Source: Actinomycetota bacterium (lineage in GTDB: Bacteria > Actinomycetota > Acidimicrobiia > Acidimicrobiales > Ilumatobacteraceae). Taken from it: DNA of 26,627 bases. The DNA lies in the NCBI GenBank assembly GCA_039800025.1, contig JBDLRO010000118.1:1-26627 (forward strand), in the 5' to 3' direction. Shown here in pieces: positions 24,137-26,627 of the stretch (position 1 is the stretch's first letter; each line of letters begins with the position of its first letter). Below the pieces are notes generated by a model. That model was not told where the DNA came from. It made no database searches and worked only from the letters and a program-made list of their open reading frames with translations. A program made the position numbers and the translations under genes.

Positions 24137-25192
24137 ATGAAGCTGTCGATGATGCTCAATTACGCGGGTGGTTTCCATGCTGCGGTGGACAAAGTGGTCG
24201 AACTCGAAAAGGCCGGGCTCGATGTCGTCTGGGTCGCAGAGGCGTACAGCGCCGATGCCATCAGTCAGGTCGGTTATCTGGCGGCCAAGACCGAGCGAGT
24301 CGAGATCGGAACGGGCATCGTCAACGTCTACAGCCGAACAGCGGCCTTGATGGCGATGACAGCAGCGGGATGCGATTACGTGAGCAATGGCCGATTCATC
24401 CTCGGTCTCGGAGCGAGCGGCCCCCAGGTGATCGAAGGTTTCCATGGCGTGCCGTATGAAAAGCCGATGGTGCGGATCAAGGAGTACATCGAAGCATGTC
24501 GCATGATTTGGGCTCGTGAGCAGCCCTTCCAGATGGACGGAGAGACCGTGAAAGTCCCTCTTCCAGCGGGACAGGGCACGGGTCTCGGCAAGCCGCTGAA
24601 GATCATCAAGCCCGGTCAGGAGATTCGCACGGACATTCCGATCTGGTGGGCGAGCCTCATGGGATTGAGCGTCGCTGCAACCGCTCAGTACGCAAACGGG
24701 TGGTTGCCGATCTTCTTCGACCCGGAAAAGTTCCAGCAGGTCTGGGGCGACGATCTGAAGAAGGGAACCGCAAAACGCGATCCTTCGCTCCCTCGGCTCG
24801 AGATTTCGGCAGGTGGAATGGTCGCCATCGACGAATCGCTCACGGGTGATGCACAGAAGAAGATCCTCGACTTCTCACGTCCGAATACTGCGCTCTACAT
24901 CGGTGGCATGGGAGCACGCGACAAGAACTTCTACAACACGATCTGCCGCAAGTACGGGTACGAGAAAGAAGCTGGAGAAATCCAGGATCTGTACCTCTCC
25001 GGGAAGAAGGACGAAGCTGCCGCTGCGGTTCCGCACGAGATGCTCGCGAACACCAACCTCGTCGGACCGAAGAGCTACGTCAAGGAGCGGATTGCTGCCT
25101 ACAAGGAGGCAGGAGTGACGGTTCTCTCGGTGAACCCTGTCGGCCCGGACGCAGTGAAGACGATCGAGACACTCAAGGAGATGATCGGCTGA
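24137..25192 (+). CDS. LLM-class F420-dependent oxidoreductase (Rv3520c-like)
   Basis: WVAEAYSADA, YSRTAALMAMTAAG, GRFILGLGASGPQVIEGFHG. Confidence 0.9.
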   Translation: MKLSMMLNYAGGFHAAVDKVVELEKAGLDVVWVAEAYSADAISQVGYLAAKTERVEIGTGIVNVYSRTAALMAMTAAGCDYVSNGRFILGLGASGPQVIEGFHGVPYEKPMVRIKEYIEACRMIWAREQPFQMDGETVKVPLPAGQGTGLGKPLKIIKPGQEIRTDIPIWWASLMGLSVAATAQYANGWLPIFFDPEKFQQVWGDDLKKGTAKRDPSLPRLEISAGGMVAIDESLTGDAQKKILDFSRPNTALYIGGMGARDKNFYNTICRKYGYEKEAGEIQDLYLSGKKDEAAAAVPHEMLANTNLVGPKSYVKERIAAYKEAGVTVLSVNPVGPDAVKTIETLKEMIG

Positions 25193-26382
25193 TGGCCGCG
25201 ATCGGGGGAGTCGTCGCTTCTGGATGGGAAAGCGTTCGCGACGCATTCGTTGCGAACCTCGACAGTGGTGAAGAGACCGGCTGTGCGGTCTCGGTGTATC
25301 ACCGAGGAGACAAAGTCGTCGACTTGTGGGGAGGGTCGTTCGATGCCGAGCATTCGAAACCCTACGAAGAGGACACTCTCCAGCTGGTCTTTTCCACGAC
25401 CAAGGGGATCACGGCGATTGCCGTCGCGATGTGCGTCGAGCGGGGGCTCTTGTCGTATGACGCTCCTGTTGTGAAGTACTGGCCGGAGTTCGCCCAGCAC
25501 GGCAAGGATTCTGCGACCGTTGCCCAGCTCTTGTCGCATCAGTGCGGTCTGTACACCGTCGATGGAGACATCACCCTTGCAGAGGCCCTCGACTGGGATG
25601 CGGTCACGGCTCGACTGGCCGATACGAAGCCACGCTGGCCGATCGGCTCGACGCACGGCTATCACGCTCTGACATACGGCTGGCTCGCCGGTGAACTCGT
25701 TCGTCGCGTCGACCCAGCGGGGCGCTCGCTCGGAACGTTCGTGAAGGACGAGATCGTGGATCCGCTCGGTGTCGAGTTGTGGATCGGTCTGCCCGAGCAC
25801 CTCGAGCCGCGAGTGTCGCCGATGATCGGAAGCCTCGATTCGGGAGCGGACGACATCGCTGATCCGGCCATCAAGGCGATGATGGAGCAATTCCTCGGTC
25901 CCAATTCGCCTGGCGGTCAGGCGCTCAGTCTGAACGGTGCCTTCTCGGTCGATGGCGCGTTCAACCGCCGTGACGTTCATGCAGCGGAGATTCCCGCCGC
26001 CAACGCCATCACCAACGCTCGCTCACTCGCTCGCATCTATTCGGCGACGCTCGGTTCCGTCGATGGCGTTCGACTTCTCGCACCGAACACTGTCGATGTC
26101 GTGCGCAACACGGTGACGCCAGCAGGCGAACCCGACGCGTGTCTCATCATGCCGACGACCTTCGGCATGGGATTCATGACGCATGGACCCTTCTCTCCCT
26201 ATTCGGGTCCTGGTGCGTACGGACACCCGGGAGCCGGAGGATCGGTCGCGTTCGCCCATCCGGAGCGCGGACTTGCTGTCGCCTACGTCATGAACCAGAT
26301 GGCGAAGAATTTGGCGAACGATGTGCGGGCTCAGCGGGTGTCGGAGGCTGCAGCCGCGTGCGCAGACTCCGTGTCGCGTTGA
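25192..26382 (+). CDS. Serine hydrolase, beta-lactamase/class C esterase fold (EstA-like)
   Basis: FSTTKG (SxxK), LLSHQCGL, YHALTYG, GHPGAGGS. TGATG coupling to the upstream gene. Confidence 0.92.
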   Translation: MAAIGGVVASGWESVRDAFVANLDSGEETGCAVSVYHRGDKVVDLWGGSFDAEHSKPYEEDTLQLVFSTTKGITAIAVAMCVERGLLSYDAPVVKYWPEFAQHGKDSATVAQLLSHQCGLYTVDGDITLAEALDWDAVTARLADTKPRWPIGSTHGYHALTYGWLAGELVRRVDPAGRSLGTFVKDEIVDPLGVELWIGLPEHLEPRVSPMIGSLDSGADDIADPAIKAMMEQFLGPNSPGGQALSLNGAFSVDGAFNRRDVHAAEIPAANAITNARSLARIYSATLGSVDGVRLLAPNTVDVVRNTVTPAGEPDACLIMPTTFGMGFMTHGPFSPYSGPGAYGHPGAGGSVAFAHPERGLAVAYVMNQMAKNLANDVRAQRVSEAAAACADSVSR

Positions 26383-26627
26383 CATAGACCAGGCTTGCAA
26401 ATGCGGCCGCTAGGGCGAATGCGCTGATTGCCTGCCGGACTCCGAAGGCTTCCGACACCGCTCCTGCGAGCGCGCTCGAGATCGACAATGTCAAAGTAAC
26501 GAGCGCGAAGTCGCCGGCAAGAATTCGTCCGCGAACTGCGTCGGGCGAACGAATCTGGAGGCCGTATGTGCTCAGCGTCCACTGGGCTCCGCCGCCGAGG
26601 TGGGCGATGGTGATGAAGATTGCCGTC
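26288..26627 (-). CDS. MFS transporter, C-terminal part; starts beyond the right edge of the window
   Basis: Manual translation: ...IFITIAHLGGGAQWTLSTYGLQIRSPDAVRGRILAGDFALVTLTLSISSALAGAVSEAFGVRQAISAFALAAAFASLVY... The PxxxRGR loop and TM helices are typical of an MFS C-terminal half. Confidence 0.8.
   Translation of the reverse strand, partial: TAIFITIAHLGGGAQWTLSTYGLQIRSPDAVRGRILAGDFALVTLTLSISSALAGAVSEAFGVRQAISAFALAAAFASLVYVNATRSLRTRLQPPTPAEPAHRSPNSSPSGS

Noticed and set aside
25192-26382. Beta-lactam resistance gene
   Set aside because: The SxxK fold is shared with EstA-type esterases. It has no signal peptide and sits in a metabolic operon.
2155-26582. Many long alternative-frame or antisense ORFs (e.g. 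2155-3159, 14844-15617, 15633-16832, 18107-19255, 21517-22326, 23752-24459, 25099-25980)
   Set aside because: They fully overlap genes with strong family motifs, lack motifs themselves, and are expected from GC-rich codon bias.
1-26627. Mobile elements, prophage or defence genes, tRNA/rRNA
   Set aside because: No transposase, integrase, phage or defence motifs, no cloverleaf or rRNA-like segment, and no visible compositional break.

Overview
This is a gene-dense, GC-rich chromosomal window with about 25 real CDSs. Gene content (F420-dependent LLM enzyme, FadE/FadD-like enzymes, WS/DGAT, TANNNT leaderless starts) suggests an actinobacterium, possibly Acidimicrobiia; this is inference. From left to right it holds: a truncated M1 aminopeptidase, a PfkB kinase plus phosphosugar mutase, a lipid/steroid-catabolism-like block (2 SDRs, 2 acyl-CoA dehydrogenases, an acyl-CoA synthetase, a P450, WS/DGAT), envelope/redox genes, a Zn/Mn-type ABC transporter, and a divergent locus. 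One arm of that locus is an alpha/beta hydrolase coupled to an unusual fusion of a peptidase-S51-like hydrolase with a CysRS-like tRNA anticodon-binding domain. The other arm is a CxxC-C type larE, an LLM oxidoreductase and a serine hydrolase. I saw no mobile element, rRNA, tRNA or CRISPR array. The most interesting items are the S51-CysRS-domain fusion and its larE neighbourhood, three intergenic tandem repeats, candidate structured leaders, and a recurring leaderless promoter motif. All family calls come from recognising motifs by eye; no database searches were run.
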